Shown: piece by piece, positions 55,643-64,000 of the stretch | Position numbering within the stretch: position 1 is the stretch's first letter | Layout of the letters: every line of letters begins with the position of its first letter | Source of the DNA: Marmoricola sp. | GTDB lineage: Bacteria; Actinomycetota; Actinomycetes; Propionibacteriales; Nocardioidaceae | NCBI GenBank assembly: GCA_035695505.1 | Contig: DASRRQ010000152.1 | Span: 13,353-77,352, forward strand | Length of the DNA stretch: 64,000 bases | Direction: 5' to 3' | Made by a program: the position numbers and the translations under genes | Notes under the pieces: generated by a model | What the model was told of the DNA's origin: nothing | The model's input: the letters and a program-made list of their open reading frames with translations, nothing else | The model's database searches: none

Positions 55643-56850
55643 ACACCCTCCGTTTCCAGGGCAGCCGCGGCGGCGTCCCAATCGTCATTGACGTTGTCTG
55701 CGCTGATCGGCGTCCGCTGCGAGTGGAAGTACAGGTACCCCGACAGGGCAACCAGGATCACGAACTGGATGACTGCGCCGGCCGTGAACCCGAACAGGTT
55801 GCCGAGCCCCCACATGGCAGCGCCGACGACAGCTGCGGCCGGCAGGGTCAGCAGCCAGCCGACCACCATCCGGCCCGCGACCGCCCAGCGGACCTCGGCG
55901 CCGGGCTTGCCCAAGCCGGTGCCGAGGATCGAGCCGGTAGCGACGTGCGTGGTCGACAGTGCGAAGCCAAGGTGACTGGAGGCCAGGATGACCGCTGCCG
56001 AGGACGCCTCAGCGGCCACGCCCTGAGGCGACTCGATCTCCACCAGGCCCTTGCCCAAGGTGCGGATGATCCGCCAACCGCCGAGGTAGGTGCCGAGCGC
56101 GATCGCGGTCGCGCAGGCGGCCTTGACCCAGAACGGGATCGAGTCGGTGTGGCCCCAGTGCCCGCTGGCGATCAGCGCCAGCGTGATCACGCCCATCGTC
56201 TTCTGAGCGTCGTTGGTGCCGTGCGCGAGCGAGACCAGGCAGGCGGTACCGATCTGGCCCCAGCGGAAGCCGGTGACCGAGAACGCGTGCGCCACCCCGG
56301 CGGTGATCCGGTAGATCAGCCAGGTGCCGACGCCGGCGACGAGGGCGGCGATCACCGGCGAGACGACTGCGGGCAGCAGGACCTTCCCGACGACGCCGTC
56401 CAGGGTCGTGCCGTCGCCGTCCCAGTTGACGCCGCTCCAGCCGATGGCGGCGATGGTCGCCCCGATCAGGCCCCCGAACAGCGCGTGCGAGGAGCTCGAC
56501 GGCAACCCGAGCAGCCAGGTCAGCAGGTTCCAGACGATGCCGCCGATGAGTCCAGCCAGCACGATGCTCAGCAGCGTGTGACCCGGGACGGTCAGCGCAT
56601 TCGAGGCGGAGGTGGCATCGGCATTGAACGTCTTGACCACCGCGTTCGTGACCGTCAGCGCGACCGCTACCGAGAGGAACGCACCGGCCAGATTCAGGAC
56701 GGCCGAGAGCGCCACCGCGATCTTGGGCCGGAGCGCGCCGGTCGCGATGGACGTCGCCATCGCGTTCCCGGTGTCGTGGAAGCCGTTGGTGAAGTCGAAG
56801 CCCAGCGCCGTGATCACGACCAGGACGAGGACGAAGGTCTCTGTATCCAC
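55639..56850 (-). CDS. pit: Inorganic phosphate transporter, PiT family
   Basis: NGFHDTGNAMATSI, HGTNDAQKTMG, LSTTH. Confidence 0.92.
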   Translation of the reverse strand: MDTETFVLVLVVITALGFDFTNGFHDTGNAMATSIATGALRPKIAVALSAVLNLAGAFLSVAVALTVTNAVVKTFNADATSASNALTVPGHTLLSIVLAGLIGGIVWNLLTWLLGLPSSSSHALFGGLIGATIAAIGWSGVNWDGDGTTLDGVVGKVLLPAVVSPVIAALVAGVGTWLIYRITAGVAHAFSVTGFRWGQIGTACLVSLAHGTNDAQKTMGVITLALIASGHWGHTDSIPFWVKAACATAIALGTYLGGWRIIRTLGKGLVEIESPQGVAAEASSAAVILASSHLGFALSTTHVATGSILGTGLGKPGAEVRWAVAGRMVVGWLLTLPAAAVVGAAMWGLGNLFGFTAGAVIQFVILVALSGYLYFHSQRTPISADNVNDDWDAAAAALETEGV

Positions 56851-56901
56851 CCCCGCATCGTGGGCTGACCAGACCAGAGAAGTGAAGGCTTCGACAGTCG
56901 A

Positions 56902-56934
56902 GTTCGGTCAGTGTTCGCCGGGGGTTCGGCTCCC
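56902..56934 (+). promoter_or_regulatory. Three 11-nt direct repeats beginning GTTCG (PHO-box-like) upstream of pit
   Basis: GTTCGGTCAGT GTTCGCCGGGG GTTCGGCTCCC. Confidence 0.55.
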
Positions 56935-57103
56935 GGGCACCTGGCCGGTCGAGACCACCTGCCCAGCCGCGCGACCGCGCGCTGAGCGGACGAGGTGACG
57001 CGCCGGAGAACTTATCAAGCTCACGGGTGGCCACCGGGCCCGGTCGAGTAATCTCCGGAGGAATCTGATGGCGCGGGTGCCATCACCGACGAGAGGCACC
57101 GTC

Positions 57104-58276
57104 ATGGGCTTGATGGACAAGGTCCGCGGTCAGTTCATCGACATCATCGAGTTCCTCGATGACAGTCGCGACACGATCGTGTGGCGCTTCCCGCGCCAGG
57201 GCAACGAGATCAAGAACAACGCCAAGCTCGTCGTACGCGAGGGCCAGGTCGCGGTCTTCGAGTCCGAGGGCAAGATCGCGGACGTCTTCACCGCGGGCAC
57301 CTACACGCTCGAGACCAAGAACATGCCGATCCTCTCGGACCTCAAGGGCTGGAAGTACGACTTCAACTCGCCCTTCAAGGCCGAGGTCTACTTCTTCGGC
57401 ACCCGCCTCTACACCGACATGAAGTGGGGCACCCAGAACCCCATCCCGATGACCGACCCGCAGTTCGGGATGGTCCAGCTGCGCGCGTTCGGGTCCTACG
57501 CCATGCAGGTCTCCGACCCTTCCAAGCTGCTGCGCCAGCTCGTCGGCACCGACGGCCAGTTCGAGACCGGCGAGGTCGAGGAGTTCCTGCGCTCCAACAT
57601 CGTCAGCAAGGTCGGCGTCGCGCTGGCCTCCTCCGGCATCCCGATGATGCAGATGTCGGCGAAGACCCCGGAGCTCTCGGCGGCCCTGACCACCACGCTG
57701 ACCGCCGACTTCGCCGACATGGGCGTCGCCATCCCGAAGTTCAACATCGAGAGCATCACCATGCCGCAAGAAGTCATGGACACGATGAACAAGATGTCCC
57801 AGATGGGGATGATCAACGCCGCGGCGAACATGGACCAGTTCGCGAAGTTCCAGGCCGCCCAGGCGATCGAGACCGCGGCCGCCAACCCCGGCGGCGGCGC
57901 GGTCGGCGTCGGCGTCGGCCTGGCGATGGGACAGCAGATCGCGAACGCGATGGCGCCGAGCGTCGGCGGCGCTGCTGCGCCGGCTGCCCCGGCGAGTAGC
58001 GCCGCGGGTGGCGCGCCCCCGCCGCTCCCGGGCGCCGCCCAGCCATGGTTCATCGCGGTCGGCGGCCAGCAGGTCGGCCCGATCGCAGCCCAGGACCTGG
58101 CGGCCCGGGTTGCCTCCGGCGACCTGACCCCGACGACGCTGGCCTGGCAGGAAGGCATGGGTGCCTGGACGGCAGCCTCGGAGATCGACGCGCTGCGCGG
58201 CCTGTTCACCCCGGCCCCGCCGCCCCTTCCGCCGACTGACGTGCCGCCGGCTCCTCCTGCCGCGCCGACGGCCTGA
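57104..58276 (+). CDS. SPFH/Band_7_1 domain protein with C-terminal GYF_2 (DUF4339) domain, YdjI-like
   Basis: LVVREGQVAVF, NSPFKAEVYF, KWGTQNPI, LRAFG; C-terminal WFIA..GQQVGP...LAWQEGMGAW. Confidence 0.85.
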   Translation: MGLMDKVRGQFIDIIEFLDDSRDTIVWRFPRQGNEIKNNAKLVVREGQVAVFESEGKIADVFTAGTYTLETKNMPILSDLKGWKYDFNSPFKAEVYFFGTRLYTDMKWGTQNPIPMTDPQFGMVQLRAFGSYAMQVSDPSKLLRQLVGTDGQFETGEVEEFLRSNIVSKVGVALASSGIPMMQMSAKTPELSAALTTTLTADFADMGVAIPKFNIESITMPQEVMDTMNKMSQMGMINAAANMDQFAKFQAAQAIETAAANPGGGAVGVGVGLAMGQQIANAMAPSVGGAAAPAAPASSAAGGAPPPLPGAAQPWFIAVGGQQVGPIAAQDLAARVASGDLTPTTLAWQEGMGAWTAASEIDALRGLFTPAPPPLPPTDVPPAPPAAPTA

Positions 58277-58283
58277 GGCCGGT

Positions 58284-59507
58284 ATGCCCAACGACGTCCC
58301 GCCGCCGGTCCCTGGCAGCTCTGCGGCCGATCCGTCTGTCCAGGCAGGCCCACCGCCGGTGCCCGGCCTACCGGGTATCGCCGAGTCGCCGGCCGCTGCT
58401 CTGGCTGCGGCTGCCGTCCTGACCTCGCAGTGCCCGAGTTGCGGTGCCCAGACGACGTACCAGCCCGGCACTACCCGGCTGCGCTGCAGCAGTTGCGGGG
58501 CTGAGCGGGACATCGCCGCGTCTACCTCGGACATCACGGAGCACTCCTTCGACGACTGGGTCGCGAAGAACCCGGGTGCCGCGATCGCAACCGTGGGCGC
58601 GCAGACGGTGAAGTGCAGCGGCTGCGGAGCAGTCAGTGAGACCACCGATCTCGCCGGCACCTGCCAGTTCTGCAAGGGCGCGCTGATCGCCACCGACCAC
58701 CCCGCAGGCCTAGTGGCCCCGGAGGCGGTCGTGCCGTTCGGCCTCGCGCAGAAGGACGCCCAGAAGGCGTTCGGCGCGTGGATCAGCTCCCGCTGGTTCG
58801 CACCGAAGGCGTTGAAGAAGGTCGGCTCCGCGGCCGGCTTGAAGGGCACCTACATCCCGCACTGGACCTACGACGCGCACACCGAGACCGACTATCGCGG
58901 CGAGCGTGGCGAGCACTACTACGTCACCCGGACCCGCTCGGTCTCCGACGGCAAGGGCGGCAGCCGCACCGAGACCTACCAGGAGCAGGAGACCCGCTGG
59001 CATCCCGCAGCAGGTCACGTGAACCGCGACTTCGACGACGTGATGGTCCTCGGCAGCCACCTGCTGCCCGAGAAGAAGCTGCACAAGATGGGCCCCTGGA
59101 CGCTGGGCGATGCGGTCCCTTTCCAGCCGGAGTACCTCACCGGCTACTCCGCCGTCCGGTACGACGTCGACCCGACCACCGGAGCCGACGATGCCAAGCA
59201 GCAGATGCGCTCGACCGTCGAGGGCGACTGCCGTCGCGATATCGGCGGGGACGAGCAGCGCGTTGCCACCATGGACGTCAGCTACTCCCAGACGATGTTC
59301 AAGCTGGTGCTGCTTCCGCTGTGGATCGCGAGCTACCTCTACCAGGGCAAGACCTGGCAGGTGCTGGTCAACGCCAACACCGGCGAGGTCATCGGCGACC
59401 GCCCGTTCAGCAAGGGCAAGATCGCGCTGGCGATCATCGCGGTACTGGTCGTGATCGCGGTCATCGTCGGGGTCGTGCTGGCAGCAAAAGGCGGCGGTTC
59501 GTCCTAG
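58284..59507 (+). CDS. Double zinc-ribbon membrane-anchored protein, YdjG-like
   Basis: CPSCG, CSSCG, CSGCG, CQFC; YIPHW, LLPLW, VNANTGEV; C-terminal TM helix. Confidence 0.8.
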   Translation: MPNDVPPPVPGSSAADPSVQAGPPPVPGLPGIAESPAAALAAAAVLTSQCPSCGAQTTYQPGTTRLRCSSCGAERDIAASTSDITEHSFDDWVAKNPGAAIATVGAQTVKCSGCGAVSETTDLAGTCQFCKGALIATDHPAGLVAPEAVVPFGLAQKDAQKAFGAWISSRWFAPKALKKVGSAAGLKGTYIPHWTYDAHTETDYRGERGEHYYVTRTRSVSDGKGGSRTETYQEQETRWHPAAGHVNRDFDDVMVLGSHLLPEKKLHKMGPWTLGDAVPFQPEYLTGYSAVRYDVDPTTGADDAKQQMRSTVEGDCRRDIGGDEQRVATMDVSYSQTMFKLVLLPLWIASYLYQGKTWQVLVNANTGEVIGDRPFSKGKIALAIIAVLVVIAVIVGVVLAAKGGGSS

Positions 59508-59533
59508 CGAAGTCATCGGCACGGCCGAGCCGC

Positions 59534-60664
59534 TCAGACGACGATCAGCTCCCGGGTGCCTCGGTTCAGGGCCTCAGGACCGTCAGCGCCGAGCACCACG
59601 ATGTCTTCGATGCGCGACCCGAAGGCCCCGTCGAGGTACACGCCGGGCTCGACGCTGAACGCCATCCCCGGCTCGAGGAGCTGGGTGTTGCCGGCGACGA
59701 GGTTCGGTGCCTCGTGGACGTCGAGCCCGATGCCGTGGCCGAGGCGGTGCAGGAACGCCTCGGCGTACCCGTCCTCGCGCAGCGACTCCCGCGCCGCCGC
59801 GTCGACGCTCTCGGCGGTGGCCCCAGGGACGGCGGCCGCGAAGGCAGCGGCGTACGCGCGGCACAGGGACTCGTTGACCCGGACCGCTTCGCGCGCGGGC
59901 GCGCCGAGGGCGAAGGTCCTGGTCGAGTCGGCGTAGTAGCCGCCGGGTCCCCAGGGTCCGCTGGCATCGATGAAGACCACGTCACCGGTCCGCAGGACCC
60001 GAGGGGTCGCGGCGTGATGGGGATTGGCTCCGCTCTCACCCGCAGCGACGGCGACGAAGTCGGGATTGGTGAAGCCGTGGTCGAGCATCAGCCGACCGAT
60101 CGCGTCGGACACCTCGAGCTCGGTGCGCCCGGGTCGCAGTAATCCCGGGATCTGCACGAAGACCTCGTCCAGGGCACTCCCCGCAGCGCGCAGCTGGTCG
60201 ATCTCCCACGGGTCCTTGATCGACCGCATCGAGCCCAGCGCATCGTTGAGCTCGAACGAGAGCTCCTTCGCGATCGCCCCCATCCGCACCAGGTGCCCAG
60301 CGGTGAGGATCTCCGACACGGCTACCCGCCCGGTGCCGGCGAAAGCAGCCGCCAGGGCGTGCGGGTCCTCGCCGTCGCGCCACGTCACGATCTCGACGTC
60401 GTCCTCCAACGTCGTCCACGCCCCGCGTTCGAGAGCCGGCACGAACAAGACGCTCGGGCGGCCCGTGGCGACCCCGAGGACCGTCAGCCGCTCCCAGGAG
60501 GAGTGCGACTCGCCGAGCAGGTACGCCAGGTCGGGGCCCGGTGAGACCAATGCAGCGTCGAGACCAGCCTGCGCCACGGCGCTCGCGAACCTGGTACGAC
60601 GGCCTTCCAGCGACCGGGACCTCGGGGTGACCCCGAGATCCCGGTCGGATCCGGTGTGCTCCAT
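59534..60664 (-). CDS. Xaa-Pro peptidase family M24 protein
   Basis: Creatinase-like N-domain; metal ligands D(ID), D(ADSTRT), H(HGIG), E(VEPG), E(RIED). Confidence 0.9.
   Translation of the reverse strand: MEHTGSDRDLGVTPRSRSLEGRRTRFASAVAQAGLDAALVSPGPDLAYLLGESHSSWERLTVLGVATGRPSVLFVPALERGAWTTLEDDVEIVTWRDGEDPHALAAAFAGTGRVAVSEILTAGHLVRMGAIAKELSFELNDALGSMRSIKDPWEIDQLRAAGSALDEVFVQIPGLLRPGRTELEVSDAIGRLMLDHGFTNPDFVAVAAGESGANPHHAATPRVLRTGDVVFIDASGPWGPGGYYADSTRTFALGAPAREAVRVNESLCRAYAAAFAAAVPGATAESVDAAARESLREDGYAEAFLHRLGHGIGLDVHEAPNLVAGNTQLLEPGMAFSVEPGVYLDGAFGSRIEDIVVLGADGPEALNRGTRELIVV
60611..60647 (-). other. 17-bp stem-loop inside the 5' end of the peptidase CDS
   Basis: CGACCGGGACCTCGGGG-tga-CCCCGAGATCCCGGTCG; the single mismatch is a G-U pair on the mRNA strand. 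Confidence 0.7.
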
Positions 60665-60668
60665 CACC

Positions 60669-61688
60669 TCAGGAAGTCCACTGCGCCACGAACTGCGCCA
60701 CGTTCGCCTTGGTGAGCCAACCGCCGCCCACCGTCGCCAGCGTGCTGCTGTCGACGACGTTCGCTGCTGCCTTCTTGCCCTGCGCGGTGAGGATTGCGAT
60801 CGTGGCGCCGGTCTCGCCGATGGAGAGGGGCAGCGTGACCAGCGCTCCGTACCAGGTGCCGGCGGCGACGGCGGCGAGGGCCTGCTTGCTGCCGCCGAAC
60901 GAGATCAGCTTGATCGCGCTGCTCGTGCCCGCGGCATCGATCGCCTGTGCTGCGCCCAGCGTCTGCTGGTCGGCCAGTGATGCCACCACGGAGAGGCCGG
61001 GTGTGCGCTGCAGCTCGCTCTGGGTCACCGAGCGTCCGGTCGAGGTGTCGTACTTTCCGTCCTGGGTCCCGACGTAGTCGACGTTCGCAGGAGCGGCCTT
61101 CATGACGCTCGCGAAGCCGTCCTTGGCGGCGCGGTCGCTGGGGAAGGTGCTGTCCCCGTTGAGATAGAAGACCTTGCACGGGTCCGTGGCACCGCACGCG
61201 TCGATGCTCTCCTTCGCGAGCTGCTCGGCAGCCCCGTGGTAGTCGGCGGCGACGACACCGGCCTCGCCGGGGAACTGGAGCGCGACCTTGATCGGGTCCG
61301 AGCCGCAGGCCCCGGTGATGCAGACGACCTTGATCCCCTGCTTGGCCGCCCGCGTCAGCGGCGCGACGACAGCGGCACTGTCGACCGGCTCGATCACGAA
61401 CGCCTTGAACCGGCCCGAAGCGGTGGCGTCCTGGATCTGGCCGATCTGCTTGCTGGAGTCGAAGCCGCCGTCGAAGACCTGCACCGGACCGGCGCCGAGG
61501 CTCTTGGCTGCTTTCTTCGCGCCGGCCGCCTGAGCCTGCTCGTAGGAGTTCGACGAGCTCGACAAGAAGACGGCGACACCGACCTTCCCCGAGCCCGAGC
61601 CTGCGGACCCGGCAGAACCGCAGGCCGCGAGCAGGGACGACAGGGCAACAGCACCGACCAGCATGGCCGTGAGGCCTCTCTTGGTCAT
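60669..61688 (-). CDS. Sugar ABC transporter substrate-binding lipoprotein (RbsB-like)
   Basis: Lipobox LLAAC; periplasmic binding protein type I pattern. Confidence 0.85.
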   Translation of the reverse strand: MTKRGLTAMLVGAVALSSLLAACGSAGSAGSGSGKVGVAVFLSSSSNSYEQAQAAGAKKAAKSLGAGPVQVFDGGFDSSKQIGQIQDATASGRFKAFVIEPVDSAAVVAPLTRAAKQGIKVVCITGACGSDPIKVALQFPGEAGVVAADYHGAAEQLAKESIDACGATDPCKVFYLNGDSTFPSDRAAKDGFASVMKAAPANVDYVGTQDGKYDTSTGRSVTQSELQRTPGLSVVASLADQQTLGAAQAIDAAGTSSAIKLISFGGSKQALAAVAAGTWYGALVTLPLSIGETGATIAILTAQGKKAAANVVDSSTLATVGGGWLTKANVAQFVAQWTS

Positions 61689-61770
61689 GGGAACACCTTT
61701 CATAGGAAGGCACGCTGACGCTGGCCGGACCTGGTCCGACCACGGACGTGCGGATCGATTACTGCGCTTG

Positions 61771-62772
61771 CTAGGTCTGTTTCTTGCGCGCCCAGGCGTC
61801 GATGGCTACAGCGAGGACGATGATCACCCCGAGAAGCACCTGCTGGTACGCCGGATCGACGGCCAGGAGGTTGAAGCCGTTGCCGATCAGGGCGAGGATC
61901 AGGACGCCGACCAGTGCCCGCGGGATGGTCCCCTCGCCTCCATAGATGGACACGCCCCCGATCACCACCGCCGTGATCGCCTGGAAGGCGAGCTGGGTCC
62001 GGACATCCGCAGAGCCCGAGGAGTTCCTACTCGCCACCAGCACGCCGGCCACGCTCGCCGAGAGTCCGGAGACGACGTAGGAGAACACCTGGATCCGTTT
62101 GACGGCGATGCCCGAGTACCGCGCCGCCTCGTAGTTCCCGCCGACGGCGTAGATGCGCCGGCCTAGGACGGTGCGCCCGAGCAGGAGCGAGGCGCCTACT
62201 GCGAAGACGATGAAGACCACCGACAGCAGGGTGAGGTTGCCGAAGCTCTTCAGGCCGATCGAGGAGAATTTCGGATCGGTCACCGAGATGATCGATCCCT
62301 TGGTGATCAGCTGCGCGATCCCGAGGAAGGCGACCGAGGACGCGATCGTCGCAACGAAGGGGTTGATCCCGCCGTAGGTGACCAGGATGCCGTTGAACAG
62401 GCCCATCACGATGCCGCTGGCGATGCCGAGGACGAAGCCGAGCAGCACGCTGTGGGTGTGCACGATCGACCACGCCGACACCACCCCCGAGAGCGCATAG
62501 ATCGCATCGACCGAGAGGTCGAACCCGCCGGCGATGATGCAGATCGTGGAGCCGCAGGCGATGATCGCGATCGCCGACCACTGATCGAGCAGGTTGAACT
62601 GGTTGGTCGCCGTCCGGAATGGCGCGGAGGCGACAGCGAGCGCCACGATCAGCCCGACCGCGCTCAGGACGACGCCGTAGTCGCGGGCGAGCCGGATCGG
62701 CGACTCGGCACGACCCAAGGCCATCAGGTTCTTGATCCGAGCGGGACGGCTCACCGCGGTGTCGGTGGACAT
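61771..62772 (-). CDS. Sugar ABC transporter permease (RbsC-like)
   Basis: GGFDLSV, PFVATI, GRRIYAVGGNYEAARYSGI, AVVIGG. Confidence 0.92.
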   Translation of the reverse strand: MSTDTAVSRPARIKNLMALGRAESPIRLARDYGVVLSAVGLIVALAVASAPFRTATNQFNLLDQWSAIAIIACGSTICIIAGGFDLSVDAIYALSGVVSAWSIVHTHSVLLGFVLGIASGIVMGLFNGILVTYGGINPFVATIASSVAFLGIAQLITKGSIISVTDPKFSSIGLKSFGNLTLLSVVFIVFAVGASLLLGRTVLGRRIYAVGGNYEAARYSGIAVKRIQVFSYVVSGLSASVAGVLVASRNSSGSADVRTQLAFQAITAVVIGGVSIYGGEGTIPRALVGVLILALIGNGFNLLAVDPAYQQVLLGVIIVLAVAIDAWARKKQT

Positions 62773-64000
62773 CAGATCGCTTCCTCTCGCAGATCGTCGT
62801 GGAACATGAGCCCCAGGACGGCGTCCTCGTTGATGTCGGCCCCGGACAGCTCGCCGACGATCCGGCCGGCACGCATCACCAGGACCCGGTCGGCGAGTCC
62901 GACGACCTCCTCGTTGTCCGAGGAGACGAACAGGACCCCGGCGCCCTGGTCGGCGACGTCGCGCATCAGCTGGTAGATCGCAGCGCGCGCTCCGACGTCG
63001 ACGCCTCGGGTCGGCTCATCGGCTAGGAACACCGTGGGCTGCTGGCACAGCCACCGGGCGAACATCACCTTCTGCTGGTTGCCCCCGGACAGCTGGCCGA
63101 CCGGCGAGTCGATCCGGTTGGCGTCCAGCCCGACCTTCTCCACGACGCCTTCCAGCAGGTCTGCCTGCTGACTCTTGGCGACGAAGCCGAGGCGGCTGAC
63201 GGAAGCGAGGTGCGGCAGGCAGACGTTCTCGCGAACCGTCCGGCCGAGCACCAGACCATGGTCCTTGCGGCTCTCGGGGACCATCACCAGACCGACCTTC
63301 TTCGCCTGCTCCGGGGAGCGGAGGGTGCACGGACGGCCGTCGACCTCGACGGTGCCCCGGCTCGGCCTGCGCAATCCGACCAGCGTCTCGAGCAGCTCCG
63401 TGCGACCGGCACCGACCAGGCCGGCGATGCCGACAATCTCGCCGCGGCGTACGTCGAGCGAGATCTCGTCGAACTCGCCGCTCCGCGACAACCCGCTGAC
63501 CCGCAGCGCGCGCTCGTCGGCGACCGCCGTGGCACCGCTGGGGAACATCGAGCCGAGCGAACGCCCGAGCATCGACTCGATCAGCGTGTCGGGCGTCTCG
63601 GTGCTGGCCTCGGAGGTGCGGACCAGGCGACCGTCCTTGAGCACCGTGACCCGGTCGGCGACCGCGAGCGCGTCGACGAGGAAGTGGGTCACGAAGACCA
63701 CCGTCCGGCCTTCGCGCTTGAGATCGCGGATGATCTCGAGCAGCTGGTCGCTCTCGGCTCCGGCAAGCGAGGCGGTCGGCTCGTCCATGATGATGACGTC
63801 CGCGTCGCGTGCCAGCGCCCGCAGGATCTCCACCTTCTGCTGGTCCGCCAGCCGCAGCGAGCCCGCGCGGGCACGGGGGTCGATAGCGAAGCCGGCCTTC
63901 GCGGTGAGCTGCTCGTACTCGGCGAGGAGTCGGCGGTTACCTACGAGTCGCAACCCGTGACCAGTCCCGCCGAGGAAGACGTTCTCGAGCACGGAACGCT
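62772..64000 (-). CDS. Sugar ABC transporter ATP-binding protein (RbsA-like), 5' end outside the window
   Basis: MDEPTA, GLVGAGRTEL, LSGGNQQKV, DEPTRGVDVGA. Confidence 0.92.
   Translation of the reverse strand, partial: RSVLENVFLGGTGHGLRLVGNRRLLAEYEQLTAKAGFAIDPRARAGSLRLADQQKVEILRALARDADVIIMDEPTASLAGAESDQLLEIIRDLKREGRTVVFVTHFLVDALAVADRVTVLKDGRLVRTSEASTETPDTLIESMLGRSLGSMFPSGATAVADERALRVSGLSRSGEFDEISLDVRRGEIVGIAGLVGAGRTELLETLVGLRRPSRGTVEVDGRPCTLRSPEQAKKVGLVMVPESRKDHGLVLGRTVRENVCLPHLASVSRLGFVAKSQQADLLEGVVEKVGLDANRIDSPVGQLSGGNQQKVMFARWLCQQPTVFLADEPTRGVDVGARAAIYQLMRDVADQGAGVLFVSSDNEEVVGLADRVLVMRAGRIVGELSGADINEDAVLGLMFHDDLREEAI

Noticed and set aside
1-64000. tRNA, rRNA, IS element, integrase, prophage or foreign island
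   Set aside because: None recognised. Coding density and codon style look uniform by eye, though no composition calculation or covariance search was run.

Overview
A GC-rich, gene-dense chromosomal window from an actinobacterium. The gene content and short palindromic repeats look Nocardioidaceae-like (inference). About 60 CDS are supportable. The dominant theme is lipid and fatty-acid metabolism: a fadE-SDR-kinase-phosphatase-SDR operon, fadA-fadB, a DesA3-type desaturase with its reductase and a PucR-type regulator, a methylacyl-CoA racemase, PadR-fadH, an AgpS-like oxidoreductase with TetR-glpD, a BVMO-esterase-crotonase operon, a secreted Ntn acylase and a lone Mce protein. Envelope proteins, transporters and regulators fill the rest. 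I saw no rRNA, tRNA, transposase, prophage or CRISPR array. The strongest unexplained signals are non-coding: (i) a perfect CGTAAC-N16-CGTTGA (sigma-BldN-type) promoter ahead of a sortase-type surface protein plus DUF4012 gene pair; (ii) a TGACA-N7-TGTCA palindrome over three lipid-catabolic promoters; (iii) several REP-like palindrome families, two of which supply the C-terminus and stop codon of a gene; (iv) PHO-box-like 11-nt repeats before pit; (v) widespread leaderless promoter geometry, including a 12-codon leader coupled to tetR. All family calls come from motif recognition by eye, with no database search. Several start codons were chosen manually, downstream of the ORF-track start.
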